Source of the DNA: Chiloscyllium plagiosum
Taxonomy: Eukaryota
Direction: 5' to 3'
DNA: 64,000 nucleotides
Assembly (NCBI RefSeq): GCF_004010195.1
Contig: NC_057719.1
Location: forward strand, 61,672,467 to 61,736,466
The position numbers and the translations under genes are program-made. A model generated the notes under the pieces. It was not told the DNA's origin. It did not search any database and saw only the letters and a list, made by a program, of their open reading frames with translations. Positions within the stretch are counted from its first letter, which is position 1; the number at the start of each line of letters is the position of its first letter. Shown here piece after piece: positions 1-12,853 of this stretch.

Positions 1-1109
1 TTTATAGTTGGACTCTGAATTTTGATATGCATTTGAATGAAATGTTTGTTGTTATTATGGATTATAGGGTTGAAAGAAGGTAAATCTAATGAATGAAGTC
101 TTGTAAATGAGTATTCTTTTTAAAAGAAATAATGTCTACAATAGGTACTTAGTTCTTTATTTTAATTAATCTCAGCATAGGTCCTGAGGTCTGCTCAGCA
201 TGGATATTGACTTAGTTATCATGGTAGGAGTAAGAGTAAAAGGTAGTGGATGGGAGGGTATGGCTTAGTGGGTAAAGGACATGGATTTGTATAGTGGTCA
301 TTAATAATAACTGATTAAGGAGAAAATTACATAGTATTTCAGATCCATTACTTCGTAAAATATATTACTATGATCCACTTTCTCATTGTCAGACACTTTA
401 AAGAAAGCTGTGTCCTTCTACGCATGTCTCTTAGAAAACTATTTTCCCCTATAGCATCTCATTGCCTTCAGGTAGAATTATCAATGCCCTTGCAAATTCA
501 AACTTTAATTTTATGCCAATTACATCTTACAGGAATACAACAATGGAAATCCATATTTTCTTTCATGTGATTTCTTCAATCCAATTTTTGCCCCTTACTG
601 CTGCTCTCCTGGCAATATTTTTATGATTCTCAATGACTATTACTTTTAAATGTTATTGTTCTAAGTATGTTTCATGTGGTTCCCTGTCTTGGGCTGTTAG
701 TCCCTTCATGAATTCTATCCATCCTTTGATCATTGCAAGTCTACATCTGCACTCTATGTACCTGATCTTGTTTTACTAGACCACTGCTCCTCAGTCACTA
801 ACATCCCTGCTTCATCTTTATTTTGCAGTAAGGATCCCTCACTTTCCTCAGTACCGGGACACTTTATTTATTACTTTACGCACATGTGACTGAATAGAGT
901 TTTCTAGTATAGTGTCTCAATCCTCCTCCATTACATGCTCCTCTCTCGACTCTCTGACTTCTCTTTGCTGTTCTGCTCTAGTCTGCTGATGGCAGAGTAA
1001 CATCATCAGTTACAACATCATTACCATATTCATACCTCATTATACTACAATTATCATCTGGCTTCACCCAGAAACCTTAAATATTACTGTTTTTTAGTAA
1101 TTACGGTCG

Positions 1110-1280
1110 AGAAATAATCATCAGCCATAAAACCAGAAGAACTCCTGATCTCCTTTGAGTATTGCCATAGAAATGTTACATCTACCTGAGAAGGCAAATG
1201 GGGTCTTGGTTAAAAATGACATGAAATCTCCACACTTGCTCAATGCTGCATGAAACATCAGCAAAGATCATATATTCAAA
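1110..1280 (-). mobile_element. Degenerate Deu-domain SINE (SacSINE1/AmnSINE1-like) fragment
   Basis: Run 'aaccagaagaactcctgatctcctttgagtattgccatagaaatgttacatctacctgagaaggcaaatggggtcttggttaa' resembles, by eye, the reverse complement of the Deu domain and parallels the copy at 50490-50830. Confidence 0.45.
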
Positions 1281-4200
1281 GCAGGGAAATAAAGCTTTCT
1301 ATCTCAATCACCTAAGGTGGAATGTTCCCAACTCCTGACGTGGATAATACCAAGTCAGTCGTGAAGATATCAAGGCATAAGAAAAACAAAATTCTTGATG
1401 TTTTAATGGTGAGTTAAAAAAGGAAGAAATTAATTTATAGGGATTAACAGCTCAATATTTCTTATTCTTGTCTCATTGATATGCAATTTCCTATTCTCCC
1501 ATGTGCCAAATAGAAATTAAATGGCAACAATTCCCAGCATGCAGGTCAAAGCAGGTAATTGGCAGCTCTCATTCACTGCTTGGAGGTTAGCATCAGACAC
1601 GTACTAGCCTCACCTCATCACCAGGATGCATCTGACTAAATTAAAATACAGTCATCTACATCAGTGCTGCACTTTGGAGGAGTCCAACACTTTTTATTAT
1701 AGTGTTACTGACTGGCTACTTTACATGCAGGGACAGGTACACATCTCACACATTGGAAAAGGGTGCAAACCAGGGCGATTCTTTTCACTCACTTTGCACA
1801 ATTTGAATGTTTACAACATCCCCGTTTTGCCTTGTCTTGTTGCACTTTGTCACCTCATTCAGTATTACAGACACATAGTGCTTCTGTCTTGCCATATTTT
1901 TAGAACAGACACAAAGCTAAGCACCTTGCCATAGTTGTTAGTTATAATCAGTTAATGTGGAAGCTCAGGGGTGATGCAATTGCTGTGAGAAAGAAAGGAA
2001 CATGAAGATTTGGAAGGTCTCTAGATTAAAAGACCGAGCCAACACTCGTTCTGCAAAGTGCAACCTGTGTTACCTTGAACTGAAAATAATCAATGGCAAT
2101 GAAAAATGGCTGCCATCACAATTAAGTGGGTGGAGTAAGCATTTGTTTGAAGATGTGAGTTCTACTTCTGTGCAATGTGAGTCTCTTCAAAGGCCAATTA
2201 CATAATCAGGCACTTACATAATACAGTTAAAGACATCTGTGTTCATAGAATGCTTCATGTGAAATGCACCTCAGCTATGTGGGAATAAAATTCTGGCAAC
2301 AAATAATCTTGACCAAGTCATTAAAATTTGATAATTGCCAACTCTGTAAAGCAGAAGTGAAGACAGACAACCTTAATAGTGTAACCTGCAAGTCACAGTT
2401 CACAAAGACAATATGAAGTCTCATAGTCCGCTCAAGGATGCAGAGCTGATTACCTCTCACATTGAACTGGAAGTGTTTGCCAACATACATTTATATGCAA
2501 TGCTGCCTTTCTTGGAGATGTGGGGAAACACGTTATCAGTAATTCCTCTGCATTTATAATCTATTATGGCATTTGTATGACAACGCTGCCGTGATCAGAA
2601 TAAGGTACACTATGTTAACATTACAGGCATTCAATGACCCTCCTTGTTCAAGTCCTCCATGTATTGAGGATTATGCTAAACAGCCGTTTGTGTGTGATGT
2701 AAATACTGACTGCTCACATTACTAAGGACCTGTTCTGCTTCTGGTATTCCACACATGGGACCACTTGAAAATGGCCACAACAGGGACCATTACCCCTGTC
2801 GCTGTGGTGCAATTAAGGTACAGAGAGATAGAGGTGGGTTAGAGTTAGGAACAAATGTGGCTGCAATCCCACAATCAGCAACAACCTTAATTCTTATAGC
2901 TACAGTTACAACTACAGTCAATTAGACAAGTGACGACGTAAAATAGCAATAAATTTATGAACGTGAGTTCTATTTACAATGAAATAGTCCCCATGTTGCC
3001 CTATGTGCCTTCAGAAGCTGTTCTTTATGTTCACCTCCCATGACCTGCACCATGAAGGGTCAGCAGCGACTGACCTGGTAAACAGCTAAGCTCTAAATAT
3101 GGTGCCAGTGGCAGAAATCCTGTAAAATATTGGCAGTCATGAATGCACCTGTTGTTGGCGAGCACAAGATATTGCAGGTGTGGTGCATGGTGCATACACA
3201 ATGAAATGAGCAGCAGAGAATTGTGTGAGAAAACCCACTGAAGCTCATGGAGCAAAATCCTCCATGAAAATCCCCGGAATTGACACTTAACTGATTTTTG
3301 GTACAACTCAGCCCTTAGTTTCCAAATGTGCGCTCTCTGCACCCTGGCTAATTAATTATAATAGAAAAATAGAAAAGGAATCATTGCTTATTATTATAAC
3401 TAGCAGACTAGTTTACATGGCTCAGTTTAAAATCAAAAAGCACAGACATGCACAAGTCCAAATACAATATTCTCAATCTACAGAAGTGAAAATATCCAAT
3501 AGCATTTATATATATCTTTCTAAAATCCTTCCAGAAAATATTTTAGCACTTACCTCCAATTTTTATTTTTGCTGATCTACAATAGAATGCTCAGAGTTTA
3601 CTTAGTAATAATTGCTGGCAACAATTTCCCAGGTTACCGAAGGTCATAAAAACTCTCATTCATCTCTTTAGCAACTGTGTTTATCCAGCTAAACCATGTC
3701 GCAATAGTTTTTTTTTACATAAATCGTAAACTGTAAAATCACTTTTATAAAGACAGTGTTAAGTTTCCTTCAAAGCTGGGCTACAGCTTGATTCCTGCAC
3801 GCTTGTAGCCAATTGGATTAAAACTATGGAAACTCGACTCTGTGAATCTTCCAAACAGCACCAACAGCAACACAGAAATATGGCCTGGGAATTGATTCCC
3901 TTGTGCATATTCAGAGAATGAAACAAAAAATGAAGCAAATCACTAAAGCAATACAATCAGGAATTCTAAGATAAATAATAATTTGCCTCACATTTAGGAA
4001 ACTGATAAATTCTGAATATTCTGAACCATGTTTAACACTGCAATTCAGAAACAGAGAAGGCATTAAACTTAATGTCTGATACTACTGTTTCTTTTTTCAA
4101 ACATGGTTGAACAAAAAGCTCATAAAACATAGTACAAGAAGATCTCAATATATGTAATATTAGAAATGATGCATGATTGAAATATTCCATTCAAAATAAT

Positions 4201-4725
4201 ATTCAAACACAGGCAAACTTATCTGCATATTTTATTTTTTGCTACAAATACATTCTAATTTATTTTCTCAAGCGTGCTATCATTCACTCTTTCCACTAGT
4301 AAACCTCATTCAATAAAGAATACAGTTGATATGTCTCACTTCACTGTTCAGCATACAACATCCTCGAGAACTAAATTACACATTTAGCTCTGAAAGTACT
4401 AACGTTAACGTTCACAGCAACTAGTAATATTTTTGTAGTAACTTTTATACTTCAATATTGTTTGCTGCAACCGACTGACTTAATTTGATTAACAAGAACC
4501 ATTTAGCTCTTTCAAGGTTGAATGCTGACACTAGTTTTTCCAGCAGAGACATTTTGCTACACTAAAACATTCTGCAGTTGAAATCAAATAACAGTTGTTA
4601 TTAATCTAATTAAAAAGTTGTAAGTAACTTTCCTGAACAGTGAAAGTTAGCTCAATTTTACAGTTGAATTTGTAACTCTTGAATTAATTTCATTAGAGTT
4701 TGTCTTTCATTGTTGTAAAAAAAAG

Positions 4726-4799
4726 TTCATCATTGTGGATTCATATCTACCAGCTGCAGTACACCAGAACGTCCTGCTCCGTACAACTGCTTCATTCGG
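4726..4799 (+). CDS. Candidate internal coding exon of an unidentified gene (xHHCGFISTSCSTPERPAPYNCFIR)
   Basis: AG at 4724-4725 (weak, A-run before it; alternative AG at 4752-4753), donor CGG|gtaata at 4800, open frame, locally CpG-rich. Ends in phase 0, matching the exon at 12207. Confidence 0.5.
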
Positions 4800-4841
4800 G
4801 TAATAATGGCAGTTGAATTCATGAACACAGCTGTTGCAGAG

Positions 4842-5445
4842 TATCAAATGGACTATGTACAGATAACCATACGTACCCAAAATAACTGAAGTGGATCAGC
4901 ATAGTTTGAGAAAGTTCACATTGAACTTTGCTAAATACTTGCTAAATACTTACTGTGATAGAGGCACATGTGATACAATTCAAAGAGGAATATAAAATTT
5001 AAATAAATTAAAATCTGGAAGAAAAATAGCAACTAATGAATTGTTTCCTCTGCAATAAAACTCCAGCAACGCCTTTAACTCTTTGACCTTGGCAGCTTAC
5101 AGTTTTATTAAGCAACTTAAATGTGTTCAGTCAAAGTGTCTGTACTTGCATTCCATGGTCACAGATAAAACCATACAAATATAAAAACTGGTTTAAATTC
5201 AGTTCAACAGATGTAAACAAAAATTTCTATTCATTGTTATTAAATGATACACTCCATAACACTTGTGGTTGTCATAGTCTTAAGCTATTTGCATATTTCT
5301 CTTTTAGTAAATTCATTAGCCAAAGTCAAGGCCAAACAGAAAGGTAAAGTATTTAGCAAAGTTCAATGTGAACTTTCTCAAACTATGCTGATCCACTTCA
5401 GTTATTTTGGGTACGTATGGTTATCTGTACATAGTCCATTTGATA
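4842..5445. repeat. Perfect 99-bp inverted repeat (4842-4940 / 5347-5445) with 406-bp spacer
   Basis: Base-by-base reverse-complement match: tatcaaatggac...ctaaatactt versus aagtatttagc...catttgata. Confidence 0.95.
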
Positions 5446-5529
5446 TGATAAACAGACCATGACAGTAAGGGCAAAAGAGTATAAATCTAAGAATAAACAA
5501 ACAGATAAGACAAGAACTTACAAAGAAAT

Positions 5530-5752
5530 TAAAAGAATAAAACTGAAGACTCTGCATCTAAATGCAAGTAGCATTTAAATCAAAACATACTACTGAGAGT
5601 GCAATCAGAAACAAATAAGTATGATCTGGTAGCCATTACAGAGACATGGCTGCAGGATGACATGGATAGGGACCTGAATGTTGGAGGTTACAGGGCAGTT
5701 AAGAATGACCAGAAAGTTGGAAAATGTGGAGGGGTGGATCTGTTAGTTAAAT
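5530..5752 (+). mobile_element. CR1 LINE ORF2 endonuclease N-terminal fragment
   Basis: Translates to LHLNASSI and YDLVAITETWLQD, typical APE endonuclease motifs; interrupted by stops and frameshifts. Confidence 0.75.
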
Positions 5753-5773
5753 GAGCCAAGATGAAATAAAGCA

Positions 5774-6309
5774 AAACAAGTGAAAACGGGGCCATAGTAG
5801 AGTGCATACCTCCACTAGGCTGTGTTAATTGTTATTTTCTTGAAAGTTTTGACTGCTTGTTTACTGTTTTGTTACTACAAAGCTGAAAATCGAAACATGT
5901 TTATGAAGACCTTCCATTTCACTGAGGTGACTTCAAACTGATCCAAATGCACTTACCTGTTCTGAAGCCACTGTTTGCATTTTGACAGCTCTGACAAATT
6001 ACACCACAATAGCTGATACAGTCCATAACATTTTAAAGTAATCAGCAATGTTCAAAATCAAACAACCCACAAAATTCGAAGGAAAAGAGTCAGCGCACCC
6101 TATCTCCCCAAGTTAACAGACCCTTCAATAAATTCCAGAATCAGGATCCACACCTTTGCGAAAAAACTAATCAGTCTTTTTTCTAGGGCCATACTGTATC
6201 TGTGCGTCAAGTTTCATTGAAATTCATCCATTAGTTTCTGAGGTATATTGTTTACAGACTAACAGGGATCAAAACATTATCTTCACCCATGTTCTGTGGA
6301 GGAGTAAAA
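5774..6309. mobile_element. Possible non-autonomous Helentron/DINE-like (rolling-circle) element
   Basis: Subterminal 'catacctccactagg' near the left end and 'ctgtggaggagta' at the right end. The 3' core 'tcaagtttcattgaaattcatccattagtttctgagg...acagactaacagggatcaaaacatta' resembles such elements in fishes. Recognised from memory only. Confidence 0.35.
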
Positions 6310-6580
6310 GCTGTTGGAAGAAGGAAGCGAAGGAAGGCTGGTGTGAGGAGCTCTCAATAAGTGGTGCATATTCACCCAGAATGTTCAGGGGACAATTCCT
6401 TTTCTGAACACCAGTGAAGAACAACCGTGTGAGCTATCTGTACTTCAGCAAAAGCATACGTCATTGACATATGCCACTTGCTGCACTCATAATTGCAACC
6501 ACACAGCAGAGTGAAGGTGACCATGGAATGAAATTTCATGTACTAGTCTCCTGTCGGCTGGAACAAGCAAATTTTGCGAC

Positions 6581-6778
6581 ATAGAATCTCTACAGTGTGG
6601 AAGAAGGCCATTCAGCCCATCGGGTCCATACCAACTCTCCAAACAGCATCCCACCCAGACCCACTGTCTCCCATTCTATATCTGTAACCCTGCATTTCCA
6701 ATGGCTAATCCACCTAATCTGCACATTCCTGAACACTATGGGCAATTTAACATGGCCAATCCACCTAACCTGCACATG
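6581..6778 (-). mobile_element. HE1 SINE, 3' half
   Basis: Matches the 3' portions of the HE1 copies at 15884, 55508 and 59282 (ggcaattta-catggccaatccacctaacctgcac, LINE-derived tail). Confidence 0.8.
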
Positions 6779-6935
6779 GAGTCATTCAGCATGGAAACAG
6801 ACCTATCAGTCCAACTCACCCATACTGACCAGATATCCTAAATTAATCTAGTTCCATTTGCCAGAATTTGACCCATATCCCTCAAAACCTTTCCTATTCA
6901 TGTATCCATCCAGATACCTTTTAAATATTGTAATT
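6779..6935 (-). mobile_element. CR1/HER1 LINE 3' terminal fragment
   Basis: 'cagcatggaaacagacc...ccatatccctcaaaacctttcctattcatgtatccatccagatacc' is the same 3' end as the copies at 19968 and 42684. Confidence 0.8.
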
Positions 6936-8185
6936 ATCTTGCAGCTATCCATCCACTGTCATGTAAGGGAGGTCATAGAGTCTATATATTCAGTGACAAC
7001 TAATAACATTTCATTTTCTTGTGCTAGAAAGTAGAAGACAGAGACTTGCACACGGCTCTGCAAGGATTGCAGAATTCCCTGTAATGTAGTCAACTATTCA
7101 TTGCAAACAGGTTGCCATATAGATGCCAGATGCCAATTCACAAGTACCACTACAGCACACAAATATTGTTGGACTTAGCTTGAGCTGCAATGGAAGCTAT
7201 GACATCAGCCGTTGGATGCTACATTATGGTTGGGACTCATAGTGTATGAGTGGAGTTGTTCAGAAGTCACCATATATTTCTTCATTTCACTGTCTTCCTG
7301 CTCATCCTCTGCTGATTGATCAAGTTGCAATTCTTAGATATCTGAAAGGAGAAATGCATGAGGGAAGATTGTTGGGAGGGGATTGGAGGAAAGTCAAAAG
7401 TGCATGCTTGCACTATCTACACCTTCTTAATCAGAAGGAGCACAGGATGAAAACGAAGTGGAATGTGAACAAAAGAATTATATGGTATGAATATATCGTT
7501 ATCTTTGATGCTTTCAACCTTGCCACAATCTTGGTGTTGTTCACTCCAATGATGTGAGCACCATATCTTTTATTACTGAAGACATGTAGCAACTCCTGCA
7601 CCTGCCTGTTAGGTGTTGGTGACTTTGGCTGTGTACAAAACACCCTCCAAAGGAGAGAGAGGTTTATCAATGAATGTGGTTCATTCATGGAGGATAAGGT
7701 CAGGGATATGGAGATGTGAAGTCATAAATGTCTGATGTCCTGGGTGGTGTCTGAAATGAGGCAGTAGGGACACTTCATCAAGAGAAGAAAGTAAGCACTG
7801 TGCCAGTGTCCAAATGTATGTCTTCCCCAGGATTTTGACTGGCAGTATACTTGCAAGGCTTTGGGATCATCTACATTATTTCAATAACCCACTAAAACTG
7901 CTTTCAGATAACGTCCTTTAAAATGCATGGAAGGGAGGGCCAGCCATGCCTGCAAGGTCAACTATGTCCATAAAACTCATGAGTACACCACTGGACTGTA
8001 ACATGGACATTCAATAAAGAGTGAACTAAAAACACAACCTTGTTTCTTCCACCAAAAAGGAAGTATCCTGAACTTCCCTCAAACAATCAATGTGTGCCAA
8101 ACATAAGACACACCAGTATGTTGAGATCTTTGGATAAGCTTGCCTCGAAATAATAATAATAATTCATACATTAGAAAAGTAAAAT

Positions 8186-11100
8186 AGAACAAAGAACAAA
8201 GAAAGTTTACAGCCCAGGAACAGGCCCTTCGGCCTTCCAAGCCTGAGCCAATCCAAATCTACTGCCTAAACCTGTCGCCCAATTCATAAGCATCTGTATC
8301 CGTCTGCTCCCCACCTACTTGTGCATCTGTCCAGACACATCTTAAATGAATCTACCCATGCCTGCCTATACTACCTCTGCTGGCAATGTGTTCCAAGCAC
8401 CTACCACCCTCTGTGTAAAGTACTTGCCACGTGTATTCCCCCTTAAACTTTTCACCTCTGACCTTGAAAGTGTGACCTCTCATTATTGAATCCTTCACCC
8501 TGAAAAAAGCTTATCTCTATCTACCCTGTCTATACCCTTCATGATTTTGTAGACCTCAATCAGGTACCCCCTCAATCTCCTTTCTTCTAATGAAAACTGT
8601 CCTAACCTCCTCAACCTCGCTTCATCGCCAGCACCTTCCATACCAAGCAACATCCTCGTAAACCTTCTCTGCACTCTCTCCAAAGCGTCCACATCCTTTT
8701 GGTAATGTGGTGACCAGAAATGTACACAGTATTCTAAATGTGACAAAACCAATGTCTTGTACAATTTTAACATGACCTGCTAGCTTTATACTCAGTACCC
8801 CGTCCGATGGAGGCAAGCACAGCATATGCCTCTTGACCACTCTATCTACCTGTGCAGCAACCTTCAGGGTACAATGGACCTGAACTCCGAGATCTTTCTG
8901 CTCATCAACTTTTCCCAAGGCTCTTCCGTTTACTGTATATTTGCTCCAGAATTAGACCGCCCAAAATCCATCAGCTCACATTTGCCTGGATTGAACTCCA
9001 TCTGCCACTTCTCCACCCGACCCTCCAGTCTATCTATATTCTCCTGTATTATTTAACAGTCCCTTATGCTTTCTGCTACTCCACCAATATTTGTGTCATC
9101 TGCAAACTTGCTGATCAAACCAACAGCATCCTCATACAGATCATTTATGTATATCACAAGCAACAGTGGTCCCAATACTGACCCCTGTGGAACACCACTG
9201 GTCACCTTTCTCTATTTCGAGAAACTCCCTTTAACTACTACTCTTTGTCTCCTGTTGCTCAACCAGTTCTTTACCCACCGAGCTAGAACACCCCGCAAAC
9301 CATGTGACTTCACTTTCGCCATTAGTTTACCATGGGGAACCTTATCAAATGCCTTTCTAAAGTCCATATATATGACATCTACAGCACTCCCTTCATCTAT
9401 CAACTTGGTCACTTCCTCAAAGAGCTCTACTAAGTTGATAAGAAACGATCTCCCCCACACAAAACAATGTTGCCTATCATTGATAAGCCCATTCTTTTCC
9501 AAAAATAAATAGATTTTATCCCTCAGTACCTTCTCCAGCAACTTTCCCACCACTGACGTCAGGCTCACTGGTCTGTAGTTACCCGGAATATCCCTACTAC
9601 CCTTCTTGTACAAGGGGGCAACACGAGCAACCCTCCAGTCCTCCGGCACCTCACCGGAGGACTGGAGGACTGTTTAAAGATACTACAAAGATATCTGTCA
9701 GGGTCCCAGCTATTTCCTCTTTCGCCTCCCTCAGGAACCTGGAATAGATCCCATCCGGTCCTGGGGATTTGTCCACCTTAATAACCTCTAGCCTACCCAA
9801 AACATCTTCCCTACTTATGTCAACGTATCCAGACTAATCAAACTTCTATCTCTAATCTCAACATCCATCATGTCCTTCTCCTCAGTGAACACTGATGCAA
9901 AATAGTCATTCAGAATCCCACCCATTCTCTCAGGTTCGACACACAGCCTTCCTTCCTTATCCTTTAGAAGACCAATCCTTTCTCTAGTTACCCACTTGCT
10001 TCTTATATAAGAATAAAATGCTTTGGGAATCTCCTTAATTCTGCTCGCTAAAGCTATTTCAAGACCCCTTTTAGCCCACTTGATTCCTCATTTAAGACTT
10101 GTCTGATATTCCTCCAGGGCCAATTCTGTTCTTGGCTGCCTGGACCTTATGTATGCTTCCCTTTTCCTCTTGACTAGTCGTATGGTTTATCCTGTCATCC
10201 ACGATTCACGAATCTTGTCTTTCCTATCCTTTGCTTTCAACAGGACATGCCTATCCTGTACTATCTTTAACCTATCTTTGAAAGCCTCCCACATATTAAA
10301 TGTGGACTTCCCTTCAAATAGCTGTGTCCAATCCACATTTCTCAGCTCCTGCCTAATTTTGATACAATTGGCCTTAGCTCAGTTTAGTACTCTTCCCTTA
10401 GGGCCACTCTCATCTTTGTCTATGAGTATTCTAAAGCTTACAGAATTGTGGTCACTGTTCCCAAAGTAATCCCCCACCGCAACTTCTATCACCTGGCCTG
10501 GCTCATTCCCCAACACCAGGTCCAATATGGTCCCTTCCCTCATCGGACTGTTGACATACTGCTCTAGAAAACTCTCCTGGATGCTTCTTACAAATTCTGC
10601 CCCATCCAGAGCTCTGACACTAAGTGTATCCCAGTCAACGTTGGGAAAATTAAAATCTCCTATCACCATCACCCTGTTGCCTCTACATCTTTCCCATAAT
10701 CTGTTTACCTATTTGTTCTTCTACCGCACGCTTACTGTTGGGAGGCCTGTAATACAGCCCCAACAATGTAACTGCACCCTTCTTATTTCCCAGCGCCACC
10801 CATAATGCCTCACTACTCAAACCCTCCATAGTGTCCTCCTTTAGTACAGCTGTGATATCATTCCTGACCAACAATGCAACTCCTCCCCCCCTTTTACTTC
10901 CCTCCCTGTCCTATCTGAAGCATCTATATCCTCTAACATTTAGTTGCCAATCATGCATTTCCTTTAACCAAGTCTCTGTGATTGCAATAACGTCATACTC
11001 CCAGGCACCAATCCAAGCCCTAAGTTCATCTGCCTTGCCCACTATACTTCTTGCATTAAATTATATGCACTTCAGGCCACCAGTTCTTTTGCATTCATCT

Positions 11101-12090
11101 GCTCGCTGTCTGCTCTTCCCCTTATTAATGCTAACTTCATGATTCTTACAATTCTCCAATTTCCACCTCACTGTCAACTTGTCTTTTCTCCTGATTCCCA
11201 GTGCCCTGCCACACTAGCTTAAAATCTCCCCAACAGCAGTAGCAAAAACTCCCCAAAGGACATTAGTTCTAGTCTGGTTCAGATGTCGACTGTCCAATTT
11301 ATAATAGTCCCCCTTCCCCAGAACCGGTCCCAATGTCCAACAAATCTGAACCCCTCCCGCCTACACCATCCCTCAAGCCATGTGTTCATCCTGCCTATTC
11401 TTTCATTTCTATGCTGGCTAGCACGTGGCACTGGCAGTAATCCCGAGATCACTATCTTTGAGGTCCTCCTCTTTAACTTCTCTCCGAGCTCCCTGAATTC
11501 TGCTTTCAGGACCTCATCTCGTTTTTTACTTATATCGTTGATGCCTATATGCATCAAGACAACTGGCTGTTCACCCATCTCCTTTTTAGAATGCTCTGCA
11601 GCCAATCGGTGACATCCCTGACTTGAGCACCTGGGAGGCAACATACCATTCGGGAGTCCTGTTTTTGGCCACAGAACCGCCTATCTACTCCCTTTACAAT
11701 AGAATCCCCTATAACAAAATTCCTACGAGTCTTTCTCCTGCCCTTCTGAACAGCAGTGCCTGCCACGGTGCCATGATCTTGACAACTGCTGCCTTCCCCT
11801 GGTGAGCCATCTCCCCCAACAGTATCCAAGACGGTATATCTGTTTTGGAGGGAGATAACCGCAGGGGACACCTGCACTGCCTTCCTATTCTTTTTCTGCC
11901 TTTTGGTCACCCATTCACTGTCTCCCTTAGCAATCCTAACCTGCGGTGTGACCAGTTCACTAAAGGTGCAATCCACGACCTCCTCAGCATCGCGGATGCT
12001 CCACAGTGAGTCTATCCACAGCTCCAAAGCTGTCATGCGGTCAAACAAGAGCTGCAGCTGGAAACAAGTGTAAGAGTCAGGAACGTCAGC
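8186..12090 (-). mobile_element. Near-full-length decayed CR1 LINE (ORF1 esterase about 11216-12090; ORF2 APE-RT about 8290-11080), slightly 5' truncated
   Basis: ORF track pieces: VIGDSIVKG and HIGINDI (esterase), YYRPP, GDFNFP and SDHN (endonuclease), NYRPVSLTS and YMDFRKAFDKV (RT), LERVQRRFTR. (AAAGAAC)n tail at 8186. Many frameshifts. Confidence 0.95.
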
Positions 12091-12206
12091 CTCTGGAAGG
12101 TAAGGCTTTTTATTTTTTCTCTTTGTTTTCTTTCGTATATTAAGTGAAATATTAACAAGAGAAATTTATTTTTGTAAAACACTCCTGTCAACTTTGTGCT
12201 TTTAAG

Positions 12207-12281
12207 GTTTATCTTCCTGACAATGTAGGTGACCTGGTCATGGTGCAGAGCTACTTGTACGATAAGCGAACTCTTGATTAA
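12207..12281 (+). CDS. Candidate terminal coding exon of an unidentified gene (VYLPDNVGDLVMVQSYLYDKRTLD*)
   Basis: Good acceptor 'actttgtgcttttaag|G', 24 sense codons then TAA at 12279-12281, phase 0 compatible with 4726-4799. ATTAAA at 13047 and AATAAA at 13054 downstream. Confidence 0.55.
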   Translation, partial: VYLPDNVGDLVMVQSYLYDKRTLD

Positions 12282-12740
12282 GCTGCCCATAGATGCAATA
12301 TTGTCAACTGATGGAGGGTTTCACCCTATAAATCAAATGCATCTGCATGCACATTCCTGGCACTTAGAGTTTTAATTATAATTATCTGAGAAACGGCAAA
12401 AAGATTAAGAAGTAAAAATTCCTCTCTTTCCTGCTTGCAAGAACACAAAGTATTCCATGTGAGCCATGTTGTGCATTTTTAAATGCATTTTCTCGAATAC
12501 ATAGAAAAGCATATATGATTTTCTCATTTTTAATGTAAAATTAACCTGTAATTATAAACGCAATTTATTCACACAATTTTAAGTTTTCAAAATGAATGGG
12601 TGAGGTTATAAGTGCTAGTGCTGTCACACCCTCCCTTGTTGCACTGTAATTCATTCTTCTTCCTCCTGAGAAATTCTTCAACAATGTTTCAGCACTTGCT
12701 CTAGCCAGAACTTAGAACCTTTAAGAGGTGCAGCCTCTTT

Positions 12741-12853
12741 TTAAGTCGTCCCCATCAGCTTTAAGGAGTGGTTGACTTGCACAAGCTTGGGAGGTGTGCT
12801 CTCATTCAACACTGCATTTAATGCTGTTTCCAAGCTGCAGTCATGCAAATCAG
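12741..12853 (-). CDS. Weak candidate terminal exon of a convergent gene (xDLHDCSLETALNAVLNESTPPKLVQVNHSLKLMGTT*)
   Basis: Minus-strand acceptor 'aatttgtactttcag|', open frame to TAA, AATAAA on the minus strand at 12564-12569. No homology recognised and no secure upstream exon. Confidence 0.2.

Noticed and set aside
400..900. Possible very old minus-strand CR1 ORF1 remnant
   Set aside because: Similarity too weak to support by eye.
3759..3956. Open frames on both strands in unique DNA
   Set aside because: No convincing donor or recognisable homology.
4751..4830. Minus-strand reading of the same segment as an exon (CVHEFNCHYYPNEAVVRSRTFWCTAA)
   Set aside because: It has AG/GT ends and open frames, but its only partner donor (near 5957) lies inside a probable mobile element. 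The plus-strand reading joins a good terminal exon. Not fully excluded.
7246..7900. ORFs of 103 and 85 aa as a Harbinger transposase relic
   Set aside because: No DDE motifs could be identified.
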